Below, piece by piece: positions 17,489 to 25,412 of a DNA stretch of 53,727 nucleotides. The stretch comes from a candidate division WOR-3 bacterium (lineage in GTDB: Bacteria > Hydrothermota > Tepidihabitantia > Tepidihabitantales > Tepidihabitantaceae). A program made the position numbers and the translations under genes. The stretch spans positions 1,991,569-2,045,295 of the forward strand of contig CP070680.1 of the NCBI GenBank assembly GCA_020352555.1, written 5' to 3'. Position 1 is the first letter of the stretch. Every line of letters starts with the position of its first letter. A model generated the notes under the pieces. It saw only the letters and a list, made by a program, of their open reading frames with translations. It made no database searches and had not been told where the DNA came from.

Positions 17489-18169
17489 TCACGGGTGGAG
17501 TCCCGGCACGCCTGGTCCTTCGTCGAAGTACGCCAGGTGACCAAACTGGTACTGGAAGGCCAGCCCGAGAACTAGTTCAGGGTCTCCGCTCAGGACATAC
17601 CTTCCCCGGGAATACCAAGGAACCCAGCCGAATGTTACTTCCGGCATGACATAGAAGCGCTTCCCTAGCTTCGCGCCAACGGTGAAGGAAGGCAATCCCT
17701 CGTGCCAGCCGTACCAGGAGCCGGACTTGTAGATCGACATTCTGGCACCGGCGTAGAGACGTTCAGTACCGAACATCACCGTCGGATGTATCCCGATTGC
17801 CCACCATGCCGCCGGGGTCCACGATAGTCCTAGGTCGCCGGCTATTCGCAGCGGGCCTGTTCGCACACAGTGTTTGCCGTCCACCAAGAAAGTCAGCGCG
17901 CGCCTGTCGTCGACTGTCGTGTTGAAGGAATAGAGCAAACGCCCGCCGAGATCGGTGTTTCCGTCCATGCCAATTCTGTAGAACAGGTCCAACTCGTGCG
18001 GTCGAACCTCGGGTGCAGATACAACCGCGCCAGCACCACCAACTCCCACCGCGTGCTCTCCCGGCTCCAGCACCTCGGGTGACTGGAACAAGGCGTGGTG
18101 ACACGCTGCAAAGAGCGCGGAGGCCAGTAGGACCAGATACTGAACCGGAAGACGGCCGCTCTTCAGCAC
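17489..18169 (-). CDS. putative outer-membrane beta-barrel protein/lipoprotein
   Basis: GTG 18169 is preceded by GGAGG at 6 nt. Signal sequence with LFAAC. Alternating aromatic/Gly-rich strands and a C-terminal ...GLAFQYQF... The ORF-track N-terminal extension to 18487 is Arg/Cys-rich. Confidence 0.55.
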   Translation of the reverse strand: MLKSGRLPVQYLVLLASALFAACHHALFQSPEVLEPGEHAVGVGGAGAVVSAPEVRPHELDLFYRIGMDGNTDLGGRLLYSFNTTVDDRRALTFLVDGKHCVRTGPLRIAGDLGLSWTPAAWWAIGIHPTVMFGTERLYAGARMSIYKSGSWYGWHEGLPSFTVGAKLGKRFYVMPEVTFGWVPWYSRGRYVLSGDPELVLGLAFQYQFGHLAYFDEGPGVPGLHP

Positions 18170-18308
18170 AAGGCCTCCACTGGACGGGATAGATCCCAAG
18201 GGCGAATCGAATCCGCACCGACACCAGGTGTATGCCGGCACCAGATTGCGGCGGATCGACAGCACGCAGGACCGACACCACCCCGGGCATTTGGAGCCCG
18301 AATCGTTG

Positions 18309-18898
18309 CTAGCAGCATCGCGGACTGAGGCAGGAAGCGCTGATGTTGTAGACGATGACGGCCGCGAACATGGGCGCAACCCCGGCCAGCATGTGGGGCA
18401 GTATCGGAGTGTACCTGCAGCTTGTCTCTTCTGACCGGAACGCGATGCATGCCAGTTGGGCCCCAGCGGCGGTTCTGGCATAGGCACTCAGGGTCGAGGC
18501 CCACCATGCACACCCCTGCTTCTCCAACGTGACCATAACATGGGCTCCGGTAGCAGCACCCAGAGGAAGTCCAAGCAGCACGCCCGCACGGCCAGTGTGC
18601 GCCGTGGACCACCAACGGTGATGTAGCAGCTTTCGAAACGAAGGACAGCCGCGACGTATCCCGACGCCATCACGGCGGCAAATCCGCCGAGGGCAACGCC
18701 CAACAGCGCACCTCCGCCTTCCTCTGCGACAACCAGTGCCGTCGGCGCAAGGAGTTTCTGTTTGATGGGGTTCAGGTCTCCACGGACTCCACCGGGAGGC
18801 GAGACTGCCGCCGGACCGAGCAGAAGCACTGGAGCGACCAGCCATGCGATGCAACCGCAGAGTATCGGAATCCCGCCGTGTGTCAAGGCGACATGCAA
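18309..18898 (-). pseudogene. small Gly/Ala-rich membrane protein apparently split by a frameshift near 18600
   Basis: Frame 1 (18898 down to about 18610) gives LTHGGIPILCGCIAWLVAPVLLLG...GGGALLGVALGGFAAVMASG. A second frame (about 18600 down to 18309) continues membrane-like with GVLLGLPLGAATGA...LAGVAPMFAAVIVYN. Past the junction each frame turns Arg-rich. Confidence 0.3.
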
Positions 18899-18934
18899 CA
18901 GCGCCGCACTTCGTAGACACCGCGCAGTCAGACA

Positions 18935-18962
18935 TTGTGCGTCGCCTCCGCATTGCTACAAT
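18935..18962 (+). promoter_or_regulatory. sigma70-like promoter TTGTGC-N16-TACAAT
   Basis: Read directly. About 25-nt leader with a GAGGA SD before ATG 18996. Confidence 0.5.
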
Positions 18963-18995
18963 CGGGCACCAGAGTAGACCGAGGACAGCTTGAAG

Positions 18996-19844
18996 ATGCG
19001 AGAATCCGACTGCACGGTCGTCAAGTTCCCGCTGCTGCGTCGGCTTGTCGTCGACGTCGCCGACATCGGCCGCAAGCGCAACACCATCCGGGGACTGATC
19101 GAGGTCGACATAACCAACGCCAGGAGCCTGCTGCGGCAATATCGCGACCGCGCCGGTGAGAAGCTGTCGTTCACTGCTTTCGTAATACGCTGCGTGGCCC
19201 GGGCACTTGACGATGACAGGTCGATTCAAGCCTTCCTCGACTGGCGCAACCGCCTTGTCATCTTCGACGATGTCGATGTCCAGACAATGGTCGAGGCCGA
19301 TATCGACGGCGCGAAGACCGTGGTGCCCCACATTGTCCGCGCCGCGAACCGGAAGAGCCATCTCGAGATCCACGAGGACATACGCGCCACCCAGGCCGAT
19401 CCAAGACGCGACCGGCGTCTTGCGCGGCTCGCCGGCTGGTTCCCTTACGTACCGAAGCAGCTGCGTCGCATGGCCTACTGGTGGATCAAGAAGCGTCCAC
19501 GCCTGCTCAAGAAGAACATTGGCACCACCATCGTCACTTCCGTCGGGATGATGTTCGGATCCGGCGGTGGCTGGGGCATCGGCACCGGCAGTCTACATTC
19601 CTTCGGCGTGCTGCTTGGCAGCATGGTCAAGAAGCCGGGCGTTGTCAACGGTCGCATTGAAGTCCGTGAATACCTGTATGTCGGACTCAGCTTCAACCAC
19701 GATACGGTCGACGGTGCGCCCGCTACCCGGTTTGCACGTCGTTTCGTCAAGATGCTCGAAAGCGCCGATGAGCTCAAAGCCGACCTGGCGAAGCTCGACA
19801 TGGCGAAACCCTCTGACAAGACCGGAGAGGCGACGCCTACCTAG
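18996..19844 (+). CDS. 2-oxoacid dehydrogenase acyltransferase catalytic-domain protein (stand-alone)
   Basis: ...LSFNHDTVDGAPATRF..., an E2 catalytic H-x-x-x-DG motif with no lipoyl domain. TTG 18990 is an alternative start. Confidence 0.8.
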   Translation: MRESDCTVVKFPLLRRLVVDVADIGRKRNTIRGLIEVDITNARSLLRQYRDRAGEKLSFTAFVIRCVARALDDDRSIQAFLDWRNRLVIFDDVDVQTMVEADIDGAKTVVPHIVRAANRKSHLEIHEDIRATQADPRRDRRLARLAGWFPYVPKQLRRMAYWWIKKRPRLLKKNIGTTIVTSVGMMFGSGGGWGIGTGSLHSFGVLLGSMVKKPGVVNGRIEVREYLYVGLSFNHDTVDGAPATRFARRFVKMLESADELKADLAKLDMAKPSDKTGEATPT

Positions 19845-20057
19845 CCGACTGGCCGTGTTCTGAGCCGCACTCGCACGGCTCCTGCCGATCTCCCCGTTGT
19901 CAAACCTTTCCCGCGTTCGGTCCTGGTACAGCGTGTGAAGCTACGCGACGAGTCGCCTTCCTGCTACGGTTAATCTGCAGCTGAAGCAGTGTCACCCACA
20001 GCCATTCTTGTCGCTCTCCAGTCTCTCATCGAGGGGTCGCCCTCCTCCACCGTGAAC

Positions 20058-20085
20058 TTGACTTTGCCGGGCCGGACAATTGAAT
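20058..20085 (+). promoter_or_regulatory. promoter TTGACT-N16-TTGAAT ending 7 nt before ATG 20093 (leaderless type)
   Basis: Read directly. ATG 20093 opens a clean signal peptide, MKLFVVLSLLLFAATSAAASG. Confidence 0.5.
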
Positions 20086-20092
20086 GTTCGAA

Positions 20093-21871
20093 ATGAAGCT
20101 CTTCGTCGTGCTCTCGCTGCTGCTCTTTGCTGCAACGTCTGCGGCCGCCTCGGGCGCTGACAGAAGCTCAAGCACATCCCCCGACAGCCCACTGGCAACG
20201 GGGGTGGATGACGCACTCGCCGCAGGGGACCAGGCTGCCGCGCGTCAACTGGAACGCGCGGCAGCGCAAAGTCAACGGTGCACGCCTGAGGCTGCACACC
20301 CTGGGCCGCGGATTTCGTTCGGTTGTTCCGACTGGCCCCCGGGCGGAGTGTTGAATCCTGACGTACCGCTCGATACCGGCCCGGTGTCCTCCTTTGACGC
20401 TGACTGCGACAGTACTGGTACAATCTGGGCGGCGGTCGCCGACCTCGATACAACTGCGACCCTCTACCGCTCCACCGACCTCGGACGCTCCTGGACGTCG
20501 CTGTTCAGCTTCACGCACGGCTGTGCCATTCCGATGCTCGAGTTGGTCGTCGGGTCCGGAGACTCCAGCTTCGTCTACGTGTTCTATCTGACGGAAGAAA
20601 ACAACGGGGACCTCTGGGTGCTTCGTGCGCCACTAGACGCCGACTCCATCGAAGCATTCCCAGTAGCTGTCGGGCCAGATACCATCGATGACTTCTCAGC
20701 CTGCACCGATTCCGACCGGCTGCACTACGTCTATTGCCTGTACGCCAACGAACACCACACAGGACGCACGGGGTCGTTTACCCGCTCGCTGGACTTCGGT
20801 CGTACCTGGGAATTCCCGCAGGACTGGTGGAACTGCTGGGACCCGCATGTCACCTACTCGACCGGCTCGTCCGTGCACTGCACGTGGCGGTATGCGCTAA
20901 CCGGCCAAGAGATTCACCACCAGACCAACAGGTTCTACGGGCGACCGATGAAATGGTGGAGCCATCGCCGGGTCTTGGGAGGTGAGAATGACACCTGGGA
21001 TCCGGTCTGCGCTGCTGCGGACTCGGGCCCGGAATCGGCAAATAGGATGTGGGTAGTGGCCAATTTCGCCTTTCTCGACACCATCCCGCCTGCGCCGGAT
21101 ACAACCGAGGGCGACACCGTGTTCGACGATACCATACCGAGACTCGATACCATCATCGGTCTTAGGTACTCCTGGAGCTGGAACGGCGGCGCCAGTTGGA
21201 GTTCGCCGGGCACTCTTGATACACGGTTGACCGAGCAGCGGTTCCCGGACCTGAAGGCTGCGCCCGACCACCCGACAGGTGCGGTCCATCTCTGCTACGT
21301 GACCGGAACTGATGCCGACCCGGGAAAGACAGTCGTATACTGGCGCACCACCACCGCTCTTGCTCCGACACTATGGTTCAAACCCATGAAGATGAACAAC
21401 CCGCGCGCGAACGTGCTTTTTGACAAGGCACGACCAAGGCTTGTGTGCCCACCGAACGCCCCGCACTCAGGAGCCGGAGTATTGTTCAGCTACTATCACA
21501 CCGACTACGCGTCCGGGGTCTACTTCGATGCGCCATGGAGCCCGGGAACAGGCGCTGAAGAGACCGCCGAGCGCTGGAGCCGGAACCCCCGGAGCCGCAC
21601 ACCCGAAACCGAACTGAAACTGCTCGGCAACCCTGTCCGTTCCGGAGCTGGGGTGAGACTGGCGTTGCCTGTCAGCGGCGAGTGGGACATCGCGGTCTAT
21701 GACGTCACTGGCCGAGAGCGGCGTTCTTTCTCCGGCTCCCATCCTGAAGTGAGTTGGGACGGGCAGGATGCGCTGGGGAAGCCTCTGGCGCCGGGGACCT
21801 ATTTCTTCGTCACGCGGCGATGTGGGCGGAAGAATCCCGTCTCTACCACCCGGCTGGTCGTCACCAAGTGA
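20093..21871 (+). CDS. secreted BNR-like beta-propeller protein with T9SS-type (FlgD-Ig-like) C-terminal sorting domain
   Basis: Signal peptide; STDLGRSW and SLDFGRTW motifs. C-terminal ...WDIAVYDVTGRERRSF...GKPLAPGTYFFVTRR....RLVVTK. The ORF track starts 3 codons earlier at 20084. Confidence 0.8.
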   Translation: MKLFVVLSLLLFAATSAAASGADRSSSTSPDSPLATGVDDALAAGDQAAARQLERAAAQSQRCTPEAAHPGPRISFGCSDWPPGGVLNPDVPLDTGPVSSFDADCDSTGTIWAAVADLDTTATLYRSTDLGRSWTSLFSFTHGCAIPMLELVVGSGDSSFVYVFYLTEENNGDLWVLRAPLDADSIEAFPVAVGPDTIDDFSACTDSDRLHYVYCLYANEHHTGRTGSFTRSLDFGRTWEFPQDWWNCWDPHVTYSTGSSVHCTWRYALTGQEIHHQTNRFYGRPMKWWSHRRVLGGENDTWDPVCAAADSGPESANRMWVVANFAFLDTIPPAPDTTEGDTVFDDTIPRLDTIIGLRYSWSWNGGASWSSPGTLDTRLTEQRFPDLKAAPDHPTGAVHLCYVTGTDADPGKTVVYWRTTTALAPTLWFKPMKMNNPRANVLFDKARPRLVCPPNAPHSGAGVLFSYYHTDYASGVYFDAPWSPGTGAEETAERWSRNPRSRTPETELKLLGNPVRSGAGVRLALPVSGEWDIAVYDVTGRERRSFSGSHPEVSWDGQDALGKPLAPGTYFFVTRRCGRKNPVSTTRLVVTK

Positions 21872-21945
21872 CTACCACAGAACCGCCGATGCCCTCATTC
21901 GGAAGAGACCCAGAACCTGGCAGATGGAACGCCCTCAAGAGCGGC

Positions 21946-21973
21946 TTGACATCCACACCGCATCAGCATAATC
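21946..21973 (+). promoter_or_regulatory. promoter TTGACA-N16-ATAATC (or N15-CATAAT) ending 5-6 nt before ATG 21979 (leaderless type)
   Basis: Read directly. Confidence 0.5.
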
Positions 21974-21978
21974 AGAAC

Positions 21979-22581
21979 ATGAAGATGCGTAGCCCGCACG
22001 TCTTCGGGCAGAACTGGCTTCGGGTCGCGCTTGGACTGACGCTCGTGGCGCTGCTGTTTGTGGCTGCCTGCGACCTTCTTGACCTGATCGACGAATTCGA
22101 ACCAACCGGTATCCCGTTCAATCTCGACCCCGACATCGAGGTCATCTCTATCACGGGTAGCAAGCGTAACTTCAGCGACTCGGGCCAAGTCACCATTGAC
22201 TTCAAGGCGCGGTCCAGGAATTCGGGCACCGAAGACGACATTCTGCCTGGCGGGTTGTTCCTCACTTCTGGACTGGAGCGGGTTCAGCACGTCATCCTGC
22301 TCAAGAGCCACCGCCTCGAAGTCGGCCCAGAGGCCACTCTGCGTGTGGTCGGCACCTTCTGCTGCAACGAGCGCGACCGGACCCCAGACGACGGAGACAC
22401 CCTGCAGTTGGGACCGATCACCGACAACTCGGACTTGCAGGACTTGGTCGACCTTGTCCGGGACCGCGACATCTCGCGGAATCTCGGGCTGGTTGAACGC
22501 GCGGTCTACATGGTGACCGACTCCACCGGCCTGACACAGGCCTACCGGGACTCCATCAGCAGGCTACCACCTGAGGGCTAG
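21979..22581 (+). CDS. hypothetical lipoprotein
   Basis: MKMRSPHVFGQNWLRVALGLTLVALLFVAAC lipobox. 200 aa, no recognisable domain. The upstream part of ORF 21754.. overlaps the previous gene. Confidence 0.65.
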   Translation: MKMRSPHVFGQNWLRVALGLTLVALLFVAACDLLDLIDEFEPTGIPFNLDPDIEVISITGSKRNFSDSGQVTIDFKARSRNSGTEDDILPGGLFLTSGLERVQHVILLKSHRLEVGPEATLRVVGTFCCNERDRTPDDGDTLQLGPITDNSDLQDLVDLVRDRDISRNLGLVERAVYMVTDSTGLTQAYRDSISRLPPEG

Positions 22582-22614
22582 CACGGTCGTTTCCTCCTCG
22601 TCGCGGCCCGGTTG

Positions 22615-22642
22615 TTGACATCGCCGCACGAGCGTCTAGCGT
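22615..22642 (+). promoter_or_regulatory. possible promoter TTGACA-N16-TAGCGT upstream of tldD
   Basis: Read directly. Weak -10; the 20-35-nt leader has no obvious SD. Confidence 0.3.
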
Positions 22643-22678
22643 TTCTCGGCACCTATCGGCGACCTCTTGCCTAGCACT

Positions 22679-24064
22679 ATGAAAGCATTCCTCAAGAACG
22701 TAATCGACGGACTGGCGGTAGATTACGCCGACATCAGGGCTGAAGAGGTTGAACGCACCGGTATCCTGTATCGCGGTCGGGACCTCGACGAGATGGAACG
22801 CTCGTTCGAAAGGGGCGGATGCCTGCGGGTATTCCACAAGGGTAACTGGGTAGTGTCGACCTTCAACGTCCTCGATGATTCGCTGGTGGAGCTCGCAGAG
22901 GAGATGGCGGCCCGAGTCGGAAAGCTCCCTTCCGCGCCGGGGATGGTTGCCTCGCTCGGCCCTCACGACGAAACCGTTCCGTTGGCGCTGACGCCAGAAT
23001 CTGATGCCGAGACGATCGATCCGCGCGCGGTCCCTCTGGCAGAGAAGCACGCCCTGATAAGGCACTACAACGACATCCTGCTGGCAGCCGATGGCATATC
23101 GACGACGCTGTCGAGATACCAGGACGTCCACCGTGAAGTCGCCTTTCTCTCATCCGAGGACCGCTACGTCAACCAGCGATTCGTCGACACCGGTTTCTCG
23201 TGCACCGCAGTAGCCAAGGACGGCACTGACATCCAGACCTATTCTGACTCGTTCGGCAAGCCCCTGGGGTTTGCCGCACTCAGGAACCGCGAGCCTGTCG
23301 TCGAGCGTATCGCCAGGGTCGCGCTCGACCTGTTGCAGGCCGAGCCGGTCGAGGCCGGCACCTGGCCAGTGATCATCGACCCCCTGCTGGCCGGTGTGTT
23401 CGCCCACGAGGCCTTCGGTCACCTCTCCGAGGCCGACCAGGTCGCAGAGAACGAACAGCTCCGCGAGCTGATGAAGCTAGGTTCTCGATTCGGCGTAGAC
23501 GAGCTTACCATTGTCGATGACGCCACCATGTTCGGCGAACGCGGCTCATACCGCTATGACGACGAAGGAGCAAGCGCGGAACGGACCGAGCTGATCCGTC
23601 ACGGCATCCTGGTCGAACGACTCCACAACCGTCAGACCGCCCAGCAGATGAACGAACCACCCACTGGCAATGCCCGAGCGCTCTCCTACCGCTTCCCGCC
23701 GATTGTGCGCATGAGCAACACCTACATCGAGCCCCGCTCCAGACAGCTGGACGACATGCTGGAATCGATGGAACGCGGCCTCTACGTCGTAGGGAGTCGT
23801 GGCGGCATGACCGAGCTAGAGTCGTTCACCTTCGCTGCCAAGTACGCCAGACTCGTCGAGCACGGGCGACTGACCAAGATGGTCCGCAACGTAACGCTGT
23901 CAGGCAATGTGTTCGAGACGATGAAGAATATTGACATGATCGGGGACGATCTGACAATGTTCGGTGGCATCGGCGGTTGCGGCAAAGAGGGACAGAGCCC
24001 GTTGCCGGTCGGGCTAGGGGCGCCGCATATCAGCATCAAGGGTATCGTCATCGGCGGACGCTGA
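22679..24064 (+). CDS. tldD: TldD-family metalloprotease
   Basis: HEAFGHLSEAD (the HExxxH of TldD), GVFAHE context, C-terminal GGCGKEGQ. ATG 22679; TTG 22667 is an alternative. Confidence 0.9.
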   Translation: MKAFLKNVIDGLAVDYADIRAEEVERTGILYRGRDLDEMERSFERGGCLRVFHKGNWVVSTFNVLDDSLVELAEEMAARVGKLPSAPGMVASLGPHDETVPLALTPESDAETIDPRAVPLAEKHALIRHYNDILLAADGISTTLSRYQDVHREVAFLSSEDRYVNQRFVDTGFSCTAVAKDGTDIQTYSDSFGKPLGFAALRNREPVVERIARVALDLLQAEPVEAGTWPVIIDPLLAGVFAHEAFGHLSEADQVAENEQLRELMKLGSRFGVDELTIVDDATMFGERGSYRYDDEGASAERTELIRHGILVERLHNRQTAQQMNEPPTGNARALSYRFPPIVRMSNTYIEPRSRQLDDMLESMERGLYVVGSRGGMTELESFTFAAKYARLVEHGRLTKMVRNVTLSGNVFETMKNIDMIGDDLTMFGGIGGCGKEGQSPLPVGLGAPHISIKGIVIGGR

Positions 24065-24070
24065 AGGTCT

Positions 24071-25378
24071 ATGGTCGACGAGATACTTGCGCTCGCCCAC
24101 CGCCGAGGCGTTGAGGCCGAGGTATATTCATCTGAGGTGGACCGCACCCTTGTCGAATTCCGGAGCGGAAGGCACCACTCGCAGGAGACCAGACTGGTCA
24201 GCGGCTATGGTCTTCGCGTCATCAAAGACGGAAGACTCGGCTTCGCGGCCAGCACCAACCAGGATCGTCCGGACCAGCTGCTGGACGCCGCGATTGCAGT
24301 CGCCGAAGAGTCCAAAGACCGCAGAGCCGTCTTCGAATTCCCCCCTCAGCAGGACCTGGCCCCGGTCCACATCTTCGAGAATCGGGTGATGCTGGTCTCG
24401 CCAGACCGGATGGCTGAATGGGGTAAGGATCTGGTGAGTGCGCTCAAGGCCCGCGTCCCGGGGCTCAAGCTTGACCTGTCTTTCGTCCGCACCTACCGCG
24501 AGATGAGAATCAGGAACAGCTCAGGCATGGATCTGGGGTTCGAACGCGCCGAGTTCGAGCTCGATGCTTCCGGGTTGATCGTCGGGGACGGCCTGACTTG
24601 GATATTCGAATATCTCAACCTATCGGACGGCCGCCCCTTCAACATCGAGCCACTCGCCGACCGCCTCGAGCAGAAAGCGCTTTGGGCACAGAAGAAAGCC
24701 TCACTGCCGTCAGGCGAATGGCCCGTCATCGTCATGCCGACCGCTCTGACGGCTCTGCTGCTTCCCGTCACACTGGGAGTGGACGGCAAGAACCGCGAGA
24801 AAAAGACCTCTCCGCTGGTAGAACGGGAGGGCGAATCCGTTGTCGCTGAAACGCTTTCCATCCACGACAATCCGGTGCGCAGCCACGGCATGATGTCCTC
24901 GCCGGTTGACGCCGAAGGCATGACCAGGCAGAAGAGGACTCTGTTCACACGGGGAGTGTTCAACGGATTCTTGTATGACATCCGGACTGCCGCGGCGTGT
25001 GGGACCGAGACTACTGCTTCCGCCGACCGTCCGTGGAACCGCCTGCCTCAACCCTCGGTCAGCAACATCGAGATCGACCCGGGCGACAGGAACCTCGACT
25101 ATGTCCTGGCAGAGACAAAGCAGGGCCTAGTGGTCGACGGCTTCATTGGAGAGGGCCAGTCCAACCTGCTCGCCGGCGAAGTCGCACTGAACGCATCCTC
25201 CGCCTTCAAGATCGAGGACGGTGCAATCTCTGGCCGTGTCAAAGACATAATGATTGCCGGCAACTCCTACGAGATGCTGTCGACCGTCGATGCCGTGGGA
25301 GACCGGCAGCGAGACCTCGGCAGGTGGTTCATACCGTTTGTCCGGCTCCCGTCCCTGCGTATCGCGTCCCGAGAATAG
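24071..25378 (+). CDS. pmbA: PmbA/TldE-family protein (TldD partner)
   Basis: 435 aa. SGYGLRVIKDGRLGFAAST and overall PmbA_TldD architecture without HExxxH. Starts 6 nt after tldD. Confidence 0.9.
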   Translation: MVDEILALAHRRGVEAEVYSSEVDRTLVEFRSGRHHSQETRLVSGYGLRVIKDGRLGFAASTNQDRPDQLLDAAIAVAEESKDRRAVFEFPPQQDLAPVHIFENRVMLVSPDRMAEWGKDLVSALKARVPGLKLDLSFVRTYREMRIRNSSGMDLGFERAEFELDASGLIVGDGLTWIFEYLNLSDGRPFNIEPLADRLEQKALWAQKKASLPSGEWPVIVMPTALTALLLPVTLGVDGKNREKKTSPLVEREGESVVAETLSIHDNPVRSHGMMSSPVDAEGMTRQKRTLFTRGVFNGFLYDIRTAAACGTETTASADRPWNRLPQPSVSNIEIDPGDRNLDYVLAETKQGLVVDGFIGEGQSNLLAGEVALNASSAFKIEDGAISGRVKDIMIAGNSYEMLSTVDAVGDRQRDLGRWFIPFVRLPSLRIASRE

Positions 25379-25412
25379 CATTGCAGAAAACAACCGCCTC
25401 ATTGGAGGATTG

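Noticed and set aside
25254-25412. Long N-terminal extensions offered by the ORF track: 25254 for lon, 13325 for the second permease, 51801 for macA, 50356 for the ATPase, 5550 for the methyltransferase, 29488 for DUF4416, 21754 for the lipoprotein, 7895 for GyrI-like, 18487 for the OM protein and 2289 for the membrane protein.
   Set aside because: The extensions overlap the preceding gene, have biased Arg/Pro composition, and are followed by internal starts with an SD, a promoter, or ATGA-type coupling that yield canonical N-termini.
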